A stretch of 64,000 nt of DNA from an uncultured Chloroflexia bacterium (GTDB lineage Bacteria; Chloroflexota; Dehalococcoidia; DSTF01; JALHUB01), in the NCBI GenBank assembly GCA_963703345.1, contig OY969814.1, forward strand, positions 992,001 through 1,056,000, written 5' to 3'. The notes under the pieces were generated by a model. The model was not told where the DNA came from, did not search any database, and was given only the letters and a program-made list of their open reading frames with translations. Shown here piece after piece: positions 1-12,994 of this stretch. Made by a program: the position numbers and the translations under genes. Each line of letters opens with the position of its first letter. Positions within the stretch are counted from its first letter, which is position 1.

Positions 1-2558
1 GGTTCCTCGGCTGGGCCGCCCTTCTGAACGTAGTCGCCGTCCTCATCTTCCGTCGAAATGAGAACTCCAACACCGCCTGGTGGCTCTTTCTCGCCAGCCT
101 GATCGTCCTCGTCTTCGGCGCCGCGGTAAGCCAGAGGACGGCCGTCGAAGGGCCCGCGCACGCCGTGCCAGATCGCTTGCGGGCGGTCCGGCAGGCTGCG
201 CTTCGCCGGCTGCTTTCCTGGCGGGGAATCGAGATCGCCGCCGTGCTGGCAATCGTCGGCCTTGCTGCGTGGTTGCGCTTCCTCCGCTTCGCCTCTCTGC
301 CCGAGGGCGTCTGGTTCGACGAAGCGGATTACGGCTTGCTTGTGCGCCGCATTCTTACCGATAGCTCGTTCCGTCCCATCTACGCGCCCGAGGCCAACAT
401 GGCCAGCCCCTTCCTGTACTTCATCGCCGCGTCCTTCAAGCTGTTCGGCGATAGTATTACTAGCCTGCGCCTGGTGAGCGCCCTGGCGGGCATCGCAACC
501 GTGCCTGTGTTCTACCTCCTGGCGCGACGCTTCATGCAGATACCCGCGGCGCTAGCGGCCACTACGCTCCTCGCCGTCTCCTTCTGGCACATCAACTTCA
601 GTCGAATCGGACTGCAAGGCATCCTCACGCCGCTGGCCACCGTAATAACGTTCCTCTTTCTACTCAGAGCGTGGAGGGGCGGCAAGCTGATCGACTTCGT
701 GCTTGCGGGAGTGGCAATGAGCGCCGGCGTGTGGGCGTACAACGCCTCGAACCTGCTGCCGATTGTCGCGGCGCTGTTCCTGCTTTTCGCCGCCATTCGC
801 GAATGGCGGCTGCTCCGCTCGCGGATCCCCGGCCTCATTCTCTTCGGTTTTTCCGCTTTGATTGCGATTTCGCCGCTGGCAATGTATGCGCTCAAGCATC
901 AGGACCAGTACTTCCTCCGCAGCCGGCAGACAAGCATCTTCCTGACGCCAGCAGGAAACGGCTACGACTGGGTGCCCGAAAGCCAGTGGCTGCCGGCGCT
1001 GAAGTCGAATATCCGCGTCCATCTGCTGATGTTCAACTTCCAGGGCGATCCGAACGGTCGCCACAACCTGCCGGGTCATCGGATGCTCGACGATGTCACC
1101 GGCGTGCTGGCCGTGCTGGGGCTGGCCTACGTCATCTCTCGAGCGTTTCGCCCCGACTATTTTCTGTTGCTTGCGGGCTTTGCCGTCGGCCTGGCCGGCG
1201 GCATAATCACGCTGACCTTCGAAGCGCCGCAGTCGCTGCGCTCGATCATGGCGCTGCCCTCGGTATTTCTCTTTGCCGGCATCGCACTGAACGCCGGCTG
1301 GGAGTTCGTTACTGCCGGCCGCCGGTTCCGTCTGCCCCGTGCGTCTCTCGCAGTCGCAGCCATGGTCCCTCTCGTCCTCTGGGCGGGCGGAAGCAACTAC
1401 GACACGTTCTTCAACCTGAAAGCGAACGACTTCTCATCCTGGGCGTCCTATTCCACGGCGCCTACGCTTGTTGCCCGGGAGATAAAGCGTCTGGGGCCCG
1501 ACTACCGTTATCTGATGTCAAGCGCGTATGTGAGCCAGCCCAGTCTGGAATTCGTGGACCCGGAACTCGGCACTGGCGCGCAGATGTCTCTCGATTTGAT
1601 ACGCGATGTGCCCGTTGCTGCCGACAGGCCCACGGCCATCTTCCTCGACCCGGACAGGGACGTCTATCTTCCATGGCTTCGTACCCTCTACCCGGACGCG
1701 ACGTTCAAGACGTTTAGTTCGCCGGGAAGGACCGATCCTGCCGCCCTTTACGAGATTATCATTCCGGCCGACCAGGCGGCGAAGATTCAAGGCATCGATG
1801 TGACTTACTCCGCGCCCGGCATATCTCCCGCAGGTGCGCGTCAACCCGCCATCGATTTGGACTGGACCTCGAACACCCCGCTGCCGACGCCGTTTAACGC
1901 CGATTGGTCCGGCGTAGTCCACATCCCAGAGGGCAAGCTGTATGCCCTGACGATGCAGGCGCCCGGTCAAATACAGCTATCGCTCGACGGGCAGTTGGTA
2001 GCTCAGGGTTCGGGGCAGGTTCAGGCCACCCAATTCCTCTATAAGGGCCAGCATCGCTTGGAGGTATCGGTCCACGTCGACGCGCCCGGAAGGGTGCTGC
2101 TCTCGGCCAACGGAGCGCCGTTGCCGGAGAGCATGTACTTCGTTCCTCCAGACGCAGGCCATGGCTTGCTGGGAAGCTTCTACTCGAACGACAGTTTCCT
2201 GGGGACCGCGGTGTTCCAGGAATTGGACCCGTTCATCGGCTTCGCCTATCACGCCGAGCTGCCGTGGGCCGGTCCCCTTTCCGTCATCTGGCGGGGGAAG
2301 ATAGAAGCGCCGTCGACGGGCAAGTACTCGTTCGCGGCAGAGGCTAACGGCAAAGTGGAGGTGCGGGTCAACGGTCAATTGGTGTCGGCCAGCGGCATGT
2401 CCCCGAAGCCCGAGGTTCAGGTGCCCCTTCTGACTCAAGGACTTCACGACATTGAGATCCGCTTCTCAAGCACCGGTGGCGCCCGCGTGAAGCTATCCTG
2501 GGCCCCCCCTGACGATACGCCCGGGCTCATTGCCTCCAAGTACTTCTACCCGCCTTAG
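1..2558 (+). CDS. ArnT/PMT-like (GT-C) membrane glycosyltransferase with C-terminal PA14-like domains; 5' partial
   Basis: Frame is open from base 3 (FLGWAALLNVV...), so the gene starts before the window. WFDEA motif, many TM helices, PA14-like C-terminus (GLLGSFYSN...WRGKIEAPSTGKYSF). Confidence 0.8.
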   Translation, partial: FLGWAALLNVVAVLIFRRNENSNTAWWLFLASLIVLVFGAAVSQRTAVEGPAHAVPDRLRAVRQAALRRLLSWRGIEIAAVLAIVGLAAWLRFLRFASLPEGVWFDEADYGLLVRRILTDSSFRPIYAPEANMASPFLYFIAASFKLFGDSITSLRLVSALAGIATVPVFYLLARRFMQIPAALAATTLLAVSFWHINFSRIGLQGILTPLATVITFLFLLRAWRGGKLIDFVLAGVAMSAGVWAYNASNLLPIVAALFLLFAAIREWRLLRSRIPGLILFGFSALIAISPLAMYALKHQDQYFLRSRQTSIFLTPAGNGYDWVPESQWLPALKSNIRVHLLMFNFQGDPNGRHNLPGHRMLDDVTGVLAVLGLAYVISRAFRPDYFLLLAGFAVGLAGGIITLTFEAPQSLRSIMALPSVFLFAGIALNAGWEFVTAGRRFRLPRASLAVAAMVPLVLWAGGSNYDTFFNLKANDFSSWASYSTAPTLVAREIKRLGPDYRYLMSSAYVSQPSLEFVDPELGTGAQMSLDLIRDVPVAADRPTAIFLDPDRDVYLPWLRTLYPDATFKTFSSPGRTDPAALYEIIIPADQAAKIQGIDVTYSAPGISPAGARQPAIDLDWTSNTPLPTPFNADWSGVVHIPEGKLYALTMQAPGQIQLSLDGQLVAQGSGQVQATQFLYKGQHRLEVSVHVDAPGRVLLSANGAPLPESMYFVPPDAGHGLLGSFYSNDSFLGTAVFQELDPFIGFAYHAELPWAGPLSVIWRGKIEAPSTGKYSFAAEANGKVEVRVNGQLVSASGMSPKPEVQVPLLTQGLHDIEIRFSSTGGARVKLSWAPPDDTPGLIASKYFYPP

Positions 2559-2661
2559 CGATGCTCCCTGCGCGAGACAAAAGCTTCCGTTGCACATCGA
2601 TCGTGGTGACAACGGACGTGGAGTCGACTCCGATGACGATTGGGGGGATGTCCGCCTGCTG

Positions 2662-5600
2662 CTACGATGTCGTTCCCGACGGCATAAGCGGCGGCAGCGC
2701 GACTACCTGGTAGATCTGCACCTTGTCGTTCTTGAACACGAGGTCTAGCTCGCGACCCGCCATCGCCTGGAACTTTCCCAGCCCCTGCTTCGAATAGTAG
2801 AGCTGCTCCACCTGGCCGACGATGATGTACTTCACGTCATACTTGCGCAGGAAGGCATCGGCGGCCGCGACGCTTGTGCCGGAGTAGAAGCTCGCAACCT
2901 CTTTCTCCCGTGCCGTCACCATATCCGCGTACTGGCCGCGTTGCTGCTGCTGGTGCCATACCCAGCCGACGACAGTGGGCAGTCCAGTGTAGATCGAGAA
3001 GCGGGCGCCCCAGCGATACCCGGGCGCGACCCCTTCGACGATCACCGGTGAGCCCTGCACATTCTCCCTCATCCACTGGATGGCGTCGTAGTCGTACGAG
3101 AGGTCGATCTCGCCGTTCTGGTCAACGTAGACACTGTATTGCATGTAGTCCATGCCGTCGTTCGTCTGGCCCATGTACTGCGGGAATCGCTCCGACACGC
3201 GGGCGCGCGTGCCCGAGATGGTGTAGACGAGCCCGCCGCCTACAAGGATGACCAGGGCGACGAGCCAAGCCGCCTTCAGGAGTTCGATGCGGCTCCACCA
3301 GCTGCTGCTGCTGCCTGACGGCTTCAGCGGACGCCAATCGAGGACGGCGAAGACGTACCAGACGCCATAGGCGCCGGCGAGCGCCAGCAGGAGCCAGACG
3401 TGGATGTAGAACTTAAACACCGTGTTCATGCGCTCGATGTCGCCGTCGAGCGTGATGATATCGACCATCGCGCTCAGCGCCAGCGCCACGGCGATCATCA
3501 CAAGGAGGAAGAGCCGCAGCGGCGCATCCGGGCGACTCCCCCGTAGCTCGCGCCAGGCGAGGAGCGCCAGCAGGGCGATCACCGCCAGCGAGAAGGCCAC
3601 CACCGGTATGCCGTTGGAAAACAGGTCACCCAGGAAGTCACCGGCGTTCAGCCCCTTGAACGTGATCGGCAGGTGCTTGCTCTCGCCGCTCAACGCCATC
3701 GCCACGCAAACGACCAGCAGCAGACCGACAAGCGTCCCAAGGTAGAGCAGCACTTTCCATCCCGGCCGACGTCGGAAGAAGCGCCAGCCCAGCGCCACCA
3801 CGAGTGTCGCAGCGGCGAATAGCAGTGTGCCGAATTGCGCGAGGTACTGGCTGAAGGGCGTCGTCCTGTCCACCTGGTTCAGAGAGGCAGCGTGGAACCC
3901 CTTGTAGAAGAGGTGGTAGTTCTGCCAGAAGGGGAAGAAGAAGACGATCGATAGCACCACCAGTACGGCGGACTTCGCCAGCGCCGTTCGCGTCGCCGCC
4001 CAACTGAGGCGCCCCTCGTTGGCGCGCTCCGCGATGAAGATGATGAGAACGCTGATGAGAAGGAAGGGCGGATAGTCCCAGGAGTTGATCGGCCGCAGCG
4101 CTCCGACCAGCAGGCCCAGCAGCGCTACACCCAACCAGCTCGTCAGGCTGCGGAGGCGCCCGTTCGGCAGCTCCTTGCGGTCCCCAAGCACCAGCGACAG
4201 CCCAACGCCCACTATCACGACATCGAACGGTATCGCCATCACGTGAGCGTGCAGGTCGGCGAAGAGGAAGCTGAAGAACGGGAACTCCGTGATGGCCGAC
4301 ATCAGCGGCGGCATCCGAGTGAGGTCAAAGTAGTTGAAGGGCGCCAAATGCACGCCGCCGACGAATGTCGCCTTCCAGAACCCGCCCACCATTCCGACGA
4401 AGCCGCTGATCAAGGGGACTCCCTCTCCGGCATGCCAATCGCTCACCTTGGAGAGATTGTCCGCTGTGTGGTAGACGCCGCGCAGGTTGCCGATCACGGC
4501 GACGAGCACGATGGCCAGGATACCCGCCGCCACCGGTCCATTGCCTCCGATACGCTTGAAGCCGGGCCGCCAGCGGACGCGCTTCCGCGTCGCCTCCGCT
4601 AGGTTGTAGACAACGGAGAAGGCGGCGCCGACCGTCATCGCGAAGAAGAGCGGCACCGCCAGGTTGAAGGCGATTTCCGGCAGAATGCCCGTCAGCTTGA
4701 TAAGCGTCGCCGTCATGAACTGGCCGAAGTAGTAGTAGTTCATGTAGCCGCCGGCGAACCAGGGGTCGTAGGGCGGCATCGTCGTGCTGCGGGTTACTGC
4801 GTTGAGGTACGCCAGTTCCATCGGCTTCTCGCCGCCGCGGGAGGGGTGCCACAGGTCCGGGTCGAGAGTGCGTATCCAGTAGAACGCGAGGAAAGCCGCA
4901 ATGAAGAGCGTTTCGTACAACAGGATGCGTCGCCAGTGCTCGCGGACGAACGCCAGCAGGTCGCTGCGCGTCAGCCGCGCGACGATGGCGCCGACGACGA
5001 TGAGCACGACGAGCATGGCGAAGATGCTCCCGCTGGTGAAATGGAAGAGCTTGACGCTTGCGCCCAACCATACCAGCCACGAGACCGCGAGCAGGCCGAG
5101 CGGCTTGGCCAGCAAGTAACCCCTGTCCGGCAGCGCGCGGAAGAGGAACAGGCCGAGCGGCAGCACCGCCAGCGACATGACTTCGATGGCGAGCAGCCAG
5201 GTCACGACCGGGAATCGATTGCTCAAGCTCGTCGCATTGAAGATGGACGTCCAGGTGCCGCCGGAGCGCTGCGTCGTGCAGTCGCCCGGCCGAAGCAGCA
5301 GCGCGTTCTGGGCGGCATCCGCCGGCACGAGCTGCGACACTGAATCCTCCTCGCATGCGGCCGACTCCACCGAAGCCATGAACGCCTCCGGCGTGTAGTC
5401 GGCGGTCTTCTGATAGAGGAGCACTTTGGGATGGTCGTAGACCGTGAAGTTGCCTTCGGCTGAGTCGTCGTTGATCGTGATGCCGAAGAGCGACGGGTAG
5501 GAGGTGAACGTTCGCACCAGCGTGAAGCCGGCAAGCTTGTTATCGAGGAGGAGCCTGTAGAAGGCGCTCGTAAGCGGCCACTTCGCCGGCGCCCGCGGTA

Positions 5601-7350
5601 TCGAGGCGTATACGCGATTGCTGCTGAGGACGAGGTAGTCGGCCTGGCTGATCTCCGACAGCATCTTCGACGAAGAATCCGACAGATCAGGTCCGTACGG
5701 CTCAATATCCAGGATCTTGAAGTCCGCCGGCTTGTTCGGCAGGTTGAACGGCACCGTGTCGTCCCAGACCTCGTGCGTGATCGTCGAGTTGGGCGGCAGA
5801 TTGTAGTTCATCCACGCCGACGCCTGCACGCGGCTGAGCGGGTGGCGATAGATATTCGTGAAGGCCAGCGCCCAGAGAACCGTCCCTCCGACGACTACGA
5901 CGACCGCTCCCTTGAGAACGAGTGGCGCCGCCCTCACGACTCGATCGCCCCATCGCTGCACGGACGTCTGCAGCCTCTCGCTGCCAGCGAATCGCCAGAT
6001 CCCATCGAGCGCCTGTGCGGCGAGAAGGACGAGCGCGGGATAGATCGGCAGGAAGTAGCGCGCCGTCATGTTGAACTCGCGGCCCCAGAAGAGGAAGTAG
6101 AACGCAATCCAGACTATCAGCAACAGGTTGGTGACTTCCCGCCGGCGCAGCAGCCGGTACGCCGACCACAGGAAGGCGGCGCAGGCGGCGATGCCGAGGG
6201 GCAGGCCCAGGCCCCAGAACACCATGTTCTGCAGTGGGAACAGGTACTTTGCGCGTCCCACCCACTCCCAGTTGAAAGGCACGTTGCCCCCCGACTGGAG
6301 GCCGATGAGACTGCGCATGTCGTCGAGGTATCGCTTGTCGGGCCCGATGTTCCAGATGTGCGGCCCGGAAAACGCGTACGGCTCCGCGATGCGGAAGATA
6401 GCGAAGGCCGCCAACACGGCAAGACAGAGCCCGAACACCGGCGCCGCGAAAAGCGCCAGCGTGTCGGGGGTCGGCGGATTCGTCGCCTCGCCCTCATCCT
6501 CAGGATCCGACGGAGGCGAAGGCGCCGCGCCCGTGGCCGTTATCGCCGGCCACATCCGCCACAAGACTGCGATGCCTATGATCGGCGCCAGGAAAGCCCC
6601 GCTCAGCTTGCAGGCGGTCGCCAGCCCGAGGCCCAGGCCGGCAAGAACGTAGTCGCTCCACCTCCCGTGCTTGACGATGCGCACGCAATAGAAAATCGTG
6701 AAGGCGGCAAAGAAGGTGAGGAACGAATCAACCGTAAAGTAGTGCGCGAGCTGGATATCCAGCACGGCCGTTGCCATCAGCAGCGCCGCCAGTAGCCCCA
6801 CGCGACGATCGTAGAGCAGCCTGCCGGTCAGGAAGACCATCAGAACGGTTCCGGTCGCGAAGATAGCCGACCACGTCCGGCCGATGAGGTCGATGTGGTC
6901 GTAGTCGTTCCAGCCGGTCATCCTGCCGGTGAACGCCTTCGCCAGCACATCCTTCAGCAGGTTCAGCGGGAAGAAGTCCTGGTGCTGAAGGACTTCGCCG
7001 GTCACTTTCGTCAGGAAGAGAGGAAAGGTGCCGTAGGCGAAGCCGCCGCCGCCCTGGCGATTGTAAGGGCTCATCGGCGATTGGTCGCTGTTGAAGTACT
7101 GCGACGGGCTGCTTGGGATCTTGATGCCGTCCGCGACCATCGTGATGAAGCGCTCGTCCGGGTGCAGGTGGGTGTAGGAGTCCCAACTGACGCCCCAGAA
7201 GCGCAAGACGAAGCCGAAGAGCAATACTGCGGCCAGGAGAAGCGTGAAGCGCGCTTTTGAGGGCGAGGGCGAGTGCAGGGGCAGCCTCTCCCTCGTGCTA
7301 GACGAACGGCTCGCGGCAGCTTCTTCGTTCTGTTCGACGACTTCTTTCAC
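2662..7350 (-). CDS. Large membrane protein: GT-C glycosyltransferase domain fused to DUF2298/YYY-type domain
   Basis: 1562 aa. HPDER motif, GGEKPME, DPWFAGGYMNYYYFGQ, EFPFFSFLFADLHAH, ERMNTVFKFY. Confidence 0.8.
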   Translation of the reverse strand: MKEVVEQNEEAAASRSSSTRERLPLHSPSPSKARFTLLLAAVLLFGFVLRFWGVSWDSYTHLHPDERFITMVADGIKIPSSPSQYFNSDQSPMSPYNRQGGGGFAYGTFPLFLTKVTGEVLQHQDFFPLNLLKDVLAKAFTGRMTGWNDYDHIDLIGRTWSAIFATGTVLMVFLTGRLLYDRRVGLLAALLMATAVLDIQLAHYFTVDSFLTFFAAFTIFYCVRIVKHGRWSDYVLAGLGLGLATACKLSGAFLAPIIGIAVLWRMWPAITATGAAPSPPSDPEDEGEATNPPTPDTLALFAAPVFGLCLAVLAAFAIFRIAEPYAFSGPHIWNIGPDKRYLDDMRSLIGLQSGGNVPFNWEWVGRAKYLFPLQNMVFWGLGLPLGIAACAAFLWSAYRLLRRREVTNLLLIVWIAFYFLFWGREFNMTARYFLPIYPALVLLAAQALDGIWRFAGSERLQTSVQRWGDRVVRAAPLVLKGAVVVVVGGTVLWALAFTNIYRHPLSRVQASAWMNYNLPPNSTITHEVWDDTVPFNLPNKPADFKILDIEPYGPDLSDSSSKMLSEISQADYLVLSSNRVYASIPRAPAKWPLTSAFYRLLLDNKLAGFTLVRTFTSYPSLFGITINDDSAEGNFTVYDHPKVLLYQKTADYTPEAFMASVESAACEEDSVSQLVPADAAQNALLLRPGDCTTQRSGGTWTSIFNATSLSNRFPVVTWLLAIEVMSLAVLPLGLFLFRALPDRGYLLAKPLGLLAVSWLVWLGASVKLFHFTSGSIFAMLVVLIVVGAIVARLTRSDLLAFVREHWRRILLYETLFIAAFLAFYWIRTLDPDLWHPSRGGEKPMELAYLNAVTRSTTMPPYDPWFAGGYMNYYYFGQFMTATLIKLTGILPEIAFNLAVPLFFAMTVGAAFSVVYNLAEATRKRVRWRPGFKRIGGNGPVAAGILAIVLVAVIGNLRGVYHTADNLSKVSDWHAGEGVPLISGFVGMVGGFWKATFVGGVHLAPFNYFDLTRMPPLMSAITEFPFFSFLFADLHAHVMAIPFDVVIVGVGLSLVLGDRKELPNGRLRSLTSWLGVALLGLLVGALRPINSWDYPPFLLISVLIIFIAERANEGRLSWAATRTALAKSAVLVVLSIVFFFPFWQNYHLFYKGFHAASLNQVDRTTPFSQYLAQFGTLLFAAATLVVALGWRFFRRRPGWKVLLYLGTLVGLLLVVCVAMALSGESKHLPITFKGLNAGDFLGDLFSNGIPVVAFSLAVIALLALLAWRELRGSRPDAPLRLFLLVMIAVALALSAMVDIITLDGDIERMNTVFKFYIHVWLLLALAGAYGVWYVFAVLDWRPLKPSGSSSSWWSRIELLKAAWLVALVILVGGGLVYTISGTRARVSERFPQYMGQTNDGMDYMQYSVYVDQNGEIDLSYDYDAIQWMRENVQGSPVIVEGVAPGYRWGARFSIYTGLPTVVGWVWHQQQQRGQYADMVTAREKEVASFYSGTSVAAADAFLRKYDVKYIIVGQVEQLYYSKQGLGKFQAMAGRELDLVFKNDKVQIYQVVALPPLMPSGTTS

Positions 7351-7530
7351 AGACCCTCTGAACAGCTACGCCGCCGCATCCCGACGGGGCGGTGCCCCTC
7401 CTTCTTGTCGGCAGGAACGATGCGCCCGTGAAGCGGTCGCGCCCGTCGAGTCCTGCGAGTCCGCAAACAAGTAACGACATTCTATCAGGGTCGGATAGCC
7501 CAGTGCCAGCCCCGATTCTGGCGCCGCGGG

Positions 7531-8829
7531 TCATGGCGAAGGTGAAGCCGGAGCAATCGGGGTACTTACGCGTGAGCGGGCGAAAGCGAACCACTGGCCG
7601 TTGGGAGACCAGCCGAGAAGGTTAAATCTCCAGTCTGCATTAGCCGCCATCGCCTGCCGCACTGTCCCATCCGGCACCTGCACGACTTGCAACCCGTCAT
7701 TTACAAAGGCCACGCCCCCTCCACCTAGCGAAAACGCATAGTCCCCATGGTCCCCCTTGCCGGAGATAGTACCTTCGCTTCCACCGGCAACGGGAATCAG
7801 CACCAGGTCTGGCAATGGTTCTCCACACGTCCCCTGCTCACCACACTTGGAGCGATACACGATCACCGTGCCGCCATCCGGCGACCAACCCTGCACATGG
7901 TCAAACAGCGTGGGGGAACCGCTCAGCTTGTGACTGGTGCCCGAGGCGACGTCCAGGACGTAGGTGCCCTTCGCATCCCCCTCGCCCGCACCATAGGCGA
8001 TCTGCGAGCCATCCGGAGACCAGGAGGCGCTGTTGAGGTCGCAAGTGTCGGGCAGCATCTGGCGGAGCCTACCGTCCGACACGTCCATGATCCAGAGGCT
8101 TGAGGAGTAACTGTTGGGAGCGCAGCCAGTGAATCCTCCCGTCACAATAAAGACGACACGAGAGGAATCTCGACTGAGTTCCGCCGCCGTCGCATCGGCT
8201 GGCTGCTTGACCTGCCGTGAGTTGCCGCTCGCCAGATCAAACTCGAACAATACGGTGCTCGGTTCCTCTTGCACTGTGGCAAGTAGGGTATGGTCATCCT
8301 TCCAGCCGAACACTGCCCCATACCCCGCCCACGAAGTGCTGTTTGCCAGGGTGCGCCGGTCGGATCCGCCAGCTCGCATCGCCTCAACCGCGACGGTGTC
8401 CTGCGTGCTGCTTTCCCAAGCCAACCACTCGCCATTGGGTGACCAGGCTGCGCTAGCCGGGTATCCAGTAATGTCTGCAGCGAAGATTTCTGTTCCCGCC
8501 TTGACTGACATGACATGCACTTTGTTGCCGGAGTACCCTCTGATGTCGGTCATGAGAGCAACGTGGTCATCGTCCGGTGCCCAGGCCCACATTGGAACGT
8601 TTGAAAGGGTTGTCAGAAGCTGTGGCTGCCCGTCAGCGTTCATGACATAAACTTCGATGGGGTCCGCTTGACTTACCGCCAGGGGCGTGCCAATTTCGGT
8701 CGGCTGTGGCGTCTGGCTCTGGACCGCAGTGCGACCGCAAGCGATTGAAAGCGACGCCTGCGCCACTGCGATGACGAGCAGCCAGAGACCACATCGATGC
8801 TTGTGTGAGGCGAGCGCCGGCACCTTCAT
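7531..8829 (-). CDS. Putative lipoprotein with TolB/PD40-like beta-propeller
   Basis: Repeated WSPDG/WSPNG motifs, signal peptide with SIAC lipobox, GGAGG RBS before ATG 8829. Confidence 0.7.
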   Translation of the reverse strand: MKVPALASHKHRCGLWLLVIAVAQASLSIACGRTAVQSQTPQPTEIGTPLAVSQADPIEVYVMNADGQPQLLTTLSNVPMWAWAPDDDHVALMTDIRGYSGNKVHVMSVKAGTEIFAADITGYPASAAWSPNGEWLAWESSTQDTVAVEAMRAGGSDRRTLANSTSWAGYGAVFGWKDDHTLLATVQEEPSTVLFEFDLASGNSRQVKQPADATAAELSRDSSRVVFIVTGGFTGCAPNSYSSSLWIMDVSDGRLRQMLPDTCDLNSASWSPDGSQIAYGAGEGDAKGTYVLDVASGTSHKLSGSPTLFDHVQGWSPDGGTVIVYRSKCGEQGTCGEPLPDLVLIPVAGGSEGTISGKGDHGDYAFSLGGGGVAFVNDGLQVVQVPDGTVRQAMAANADWRFNLLGWSPNGQWFAFARSRVSTPIAPASPSP

Positions 8830-8957
8830 CGTCCGTCCTCCTCGTACCGTCTTCAACGAGTTGTCGGACTTCTGGAAGGATTCTATCACCCGACGCGAGA
8901 GGCTGCTTGACGGGAAGCTTACGCCTTCCCTGCGCTTCTCCTACGGTGACGCCGCGT

Positions 8958-9971
8958 CTACACGCCCTTCGCCGCCATCACCGCGCACAGGTCCGCCGTC
9001 CGACACGAATAGCCCCACTCGTTGTCGTACCAGGCGAACAGCTTGACCATCGTCCCGTCGATGACCATCGTCAGCCCCGGATCGAAGATGGAGCTGGCCG
9101 GGTTGCCCTTGAAGTCGATGCCGACGAGCGGCTCCTCTTCGTACGCCAGTATGCCCTTCAGCTCGCTCTCCGACGCTGCTTTGAACGCCGCGTTCACCTC
9201 TTCGACCGTCGTGCCGCGCTCCAGGTCGGCGACGAAGTCGACCAGCGAGACGGTAGGCGTTGGTATGCGCAGGGCAAGCCCGTTCAGCTTCCCCTTCAGC
9301 TCGGGGAACACGTTGACGATAGCCTTGGTCGCGCCGCTGGTCGTCGGGATGATGCTCAAGGCCGCGGCGCGGGCTCGGCGCAGGTCTTTGTGGACAGTGT
9401 CGAGGATCACCTGGTCGTTGGTGTAGGAGTGAATCGTCGTCATCAGCCCGTGCTTGATGCCGAACGTCTCGTGCAGCACCTTCACCAGCGGCGCCAGGCC
9501 GTTCGTCGTGCAGGAGGCGTTGGAGATGACGTTGTGTCTGGTGTGGTCGTAGGCGGCGTCGTTGACGCCCATCACCAGCGTCAGGTCCTCGTTCTTGGCC
9601 GGCGCGGAGATGATGACCTTCTTTACGCTGTCGTGGATGTGCGCCTTCGCCAGCTCGCCGTCCGTGAAGCGGCCGGTCGATTCGATGACGATCTGCGCTC
9701 CGACCTCCTGCCAGGGCACCTTGCCCGGCTCGCGCTCCGAGAAGACGCGAATCGTGCGACCGTCAACCTTGAGGTTATCGCCTTCGACGCCGACAGTGCC
9801 CGGGAAACGCCCGTAGTTGGAGTCGTACTTGAGCAGATGCGCGTTCGTCGCGGGTGGCGCCAGGTCGTTGACCGCCGCCACTTCCAGCTCCTGCGCGTGG
9901 TATTCGGCGATTGCCCGCGTTATCAGGCGGCCGATCCGTCCGAAGCCGTTAATCCCGATCTTCGTCGCCAT
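8958..9971 (-). CDS. gap: Type I glyceraldehyde-3-phosphate dehydrogenase
   Basis: [27 protein letters not shown]. Confidence 0.97.
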   Translation of the reverse strand: MATKIGINGFGRIGRLITRAIAEYHAQELEVAAVNDLAPPATNAHLLKYDSNYGRFPGTVGVEGDNLKVDGRTIRVFSEREPGKVPWQEVGAQIVIESTGRFTDGELAKAHIHDSVKKVIISAPAKNEDLTLVMGVNDAAYDHTRHNVISNASCTTNGLAPLVKVLHETFGIKHGLMTTIHSYTNDQVILDTVHKDLRRARAAALSIIPTTSGATKAIVNVFPELKGKLNGLALRIPTPTVSLVDFVADLERGTTVEEVNAAFKAASESELKGILAYEEEPLVGIDFKGNPASSIFDPGLTMVIDGTMVKLFAWYDNEWGYSCRTADLCAVMAAKGV

Positions 9972-10006
9972 TTGTCTCCTCCTGCCTTAAGTTGCTCAGA
10001 TTCCGC

Positions 10007-10321
10007 TCAGTCGATCTTCACGGCGGTTCCGGAGGCCGTGACCATGAGCATCGTGCCCTTCAGCGTCTCGTAGTCGATGTCAACGCCGACCACGGCGTTG
10101 GCGCCGAGCGACTCGGCTAACTGCTGCATCTCCGTGAGCGCCGTCTCGCGCGCCTTCGCGAGGTCCTTCTCGTAGCCGGACGCGCGCCCGCCGATGACGT
10201 CGCGAATCGACGCGCCGAAGTCCTTGAAGGCGTTTGCGCCCAGAATCGCCTCGCCGGTGACGATACCCAGGTACTCGCGGATAGGCCGCCCTTCGATGCT
10301 TGGGGTGGTTGTGGCAATCAC
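10007..10321 (-). CDS. YbjQ/UPF0145 family protein
   Basis: 104 aa. [12 protein letters not shown]...[13 protein letters not shown]...MVTASGTAV. Confidence 0.9.
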   Translation of the reverse strand: MIATTTPSIEGRPIREYLGIVTGEAILGANAFKDFGASIRDVIGGRASGYEKDLAKARETALTEMQQLAESLGANAVVGVDIDYETLKGTMLMVTASGTAVKID

Positions 10322-10369
10322 GATGGCTCCTTCCTTCGGCGACCCGTTTCTTCCTGCCTGGAACCGACC

Positions 10370-12179
<1,810 letters not shown>

Positions 12180-12354
12180 CGCTGCCAATCATATAGATCG
12201 GGCTGTCAGGCGACAAGACAGGCGAAGAGGCGCGACGCCCGCGTCCATGGGGCGTGCGATGAGTCAATGCGAGGTGCGATTCCGCGTTCTTGTTGCGCTC
12301 CGCGCCCGCCTTTGGCGGACTCGTCGCGCCGAACCCACGCTGGTATGAGCGGTC

Positions 12355-12430
12355 CCGCGGGCTGAAGCCTGTGGCACCGAAGCGACGCGCGCCTGCTTGT
12401 CCCGCTCACGCTGCGGACTGAAGTCCGCAG
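12355..12430. repeat. Two REP-like palindromes
   Basis: CCGCGGGCTGAAGCCTGTGG (12355) and CTGCGGACTGAAGTCCGCAG (12411-12430), both hairpins centred on TGAA. Confidence 0.45.
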
Positions 12431-12451
12431 TCGGGGGAATAGATATCTCGC

Positions 12452-12994
12452 CTACCCCTTCTTCCCTTCCAGCAGCGCTTGTTGCGACTCCAGCAACTCG
12501 ATCTGACGGTTCTGAATCGCGATGAGCTCTTCCCACTGCTTCTCCCGCAACTCGTCGAGCTTGCTGTGGAGCTGCTCGATCTCAATCTCCGCCTTCAGGT
12601 TGACCTCGTAGTCGTTCTCCGCGTGCAGCCGGTCGCGTTGCTCGGTCCGGTTCTGGCTCATCATGATCACCGGCGCCTGGATCGCCGCCAGCATCGACAG
12701 GAACAGATTCAGAAGGATGTAAGGGTACTCGTCAAAATGGTGGAAGAGAGCGATCGTGTTGATCAGCACCCAGATCCCCAGCACCAGGGCGAAGGAGAAG
12801 ATGAACCCCCAGCTCCCCGCGGTCTGCGCCAGCCTGTCCGAAACCCTCTGCCCGAACGTCAACTGCTCTTCGTGGATCGCGATGACGTTCCGGCTCACCT
12901 TCTCATGCCGGCGCACCTTCTCGCGAATCCGCTCCTCTACCGCCGCCATACGTCCGCGACTGCCCGGCCCCTCGTCAACCGTTTTCACCGTCAT
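12452..12994 (-). CDS. DUF1003 membrane protein
   Basis: FDEYPYILLNLFLSMLAAIQAPVIMMSQNR; GGAGG RBS before ATG 12994. Confidence 0.9.
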   Translation of the reverse strand: MTVKTVDEGPGSRGRMAAVEERIREKVRRHEKVSRNVIAIHEEQLTFGQRVSDRLAQTAGSWGFIFSFALVLGIWVLINTIALFHHFDEYPYILLNLFLSMLAAIQAPVIMMSQNRTEQRDRLHAENDYEVNLKAEIEIEQLHSKLDELREKQWEELIAIQNRQIELLESQQALLEGKKG

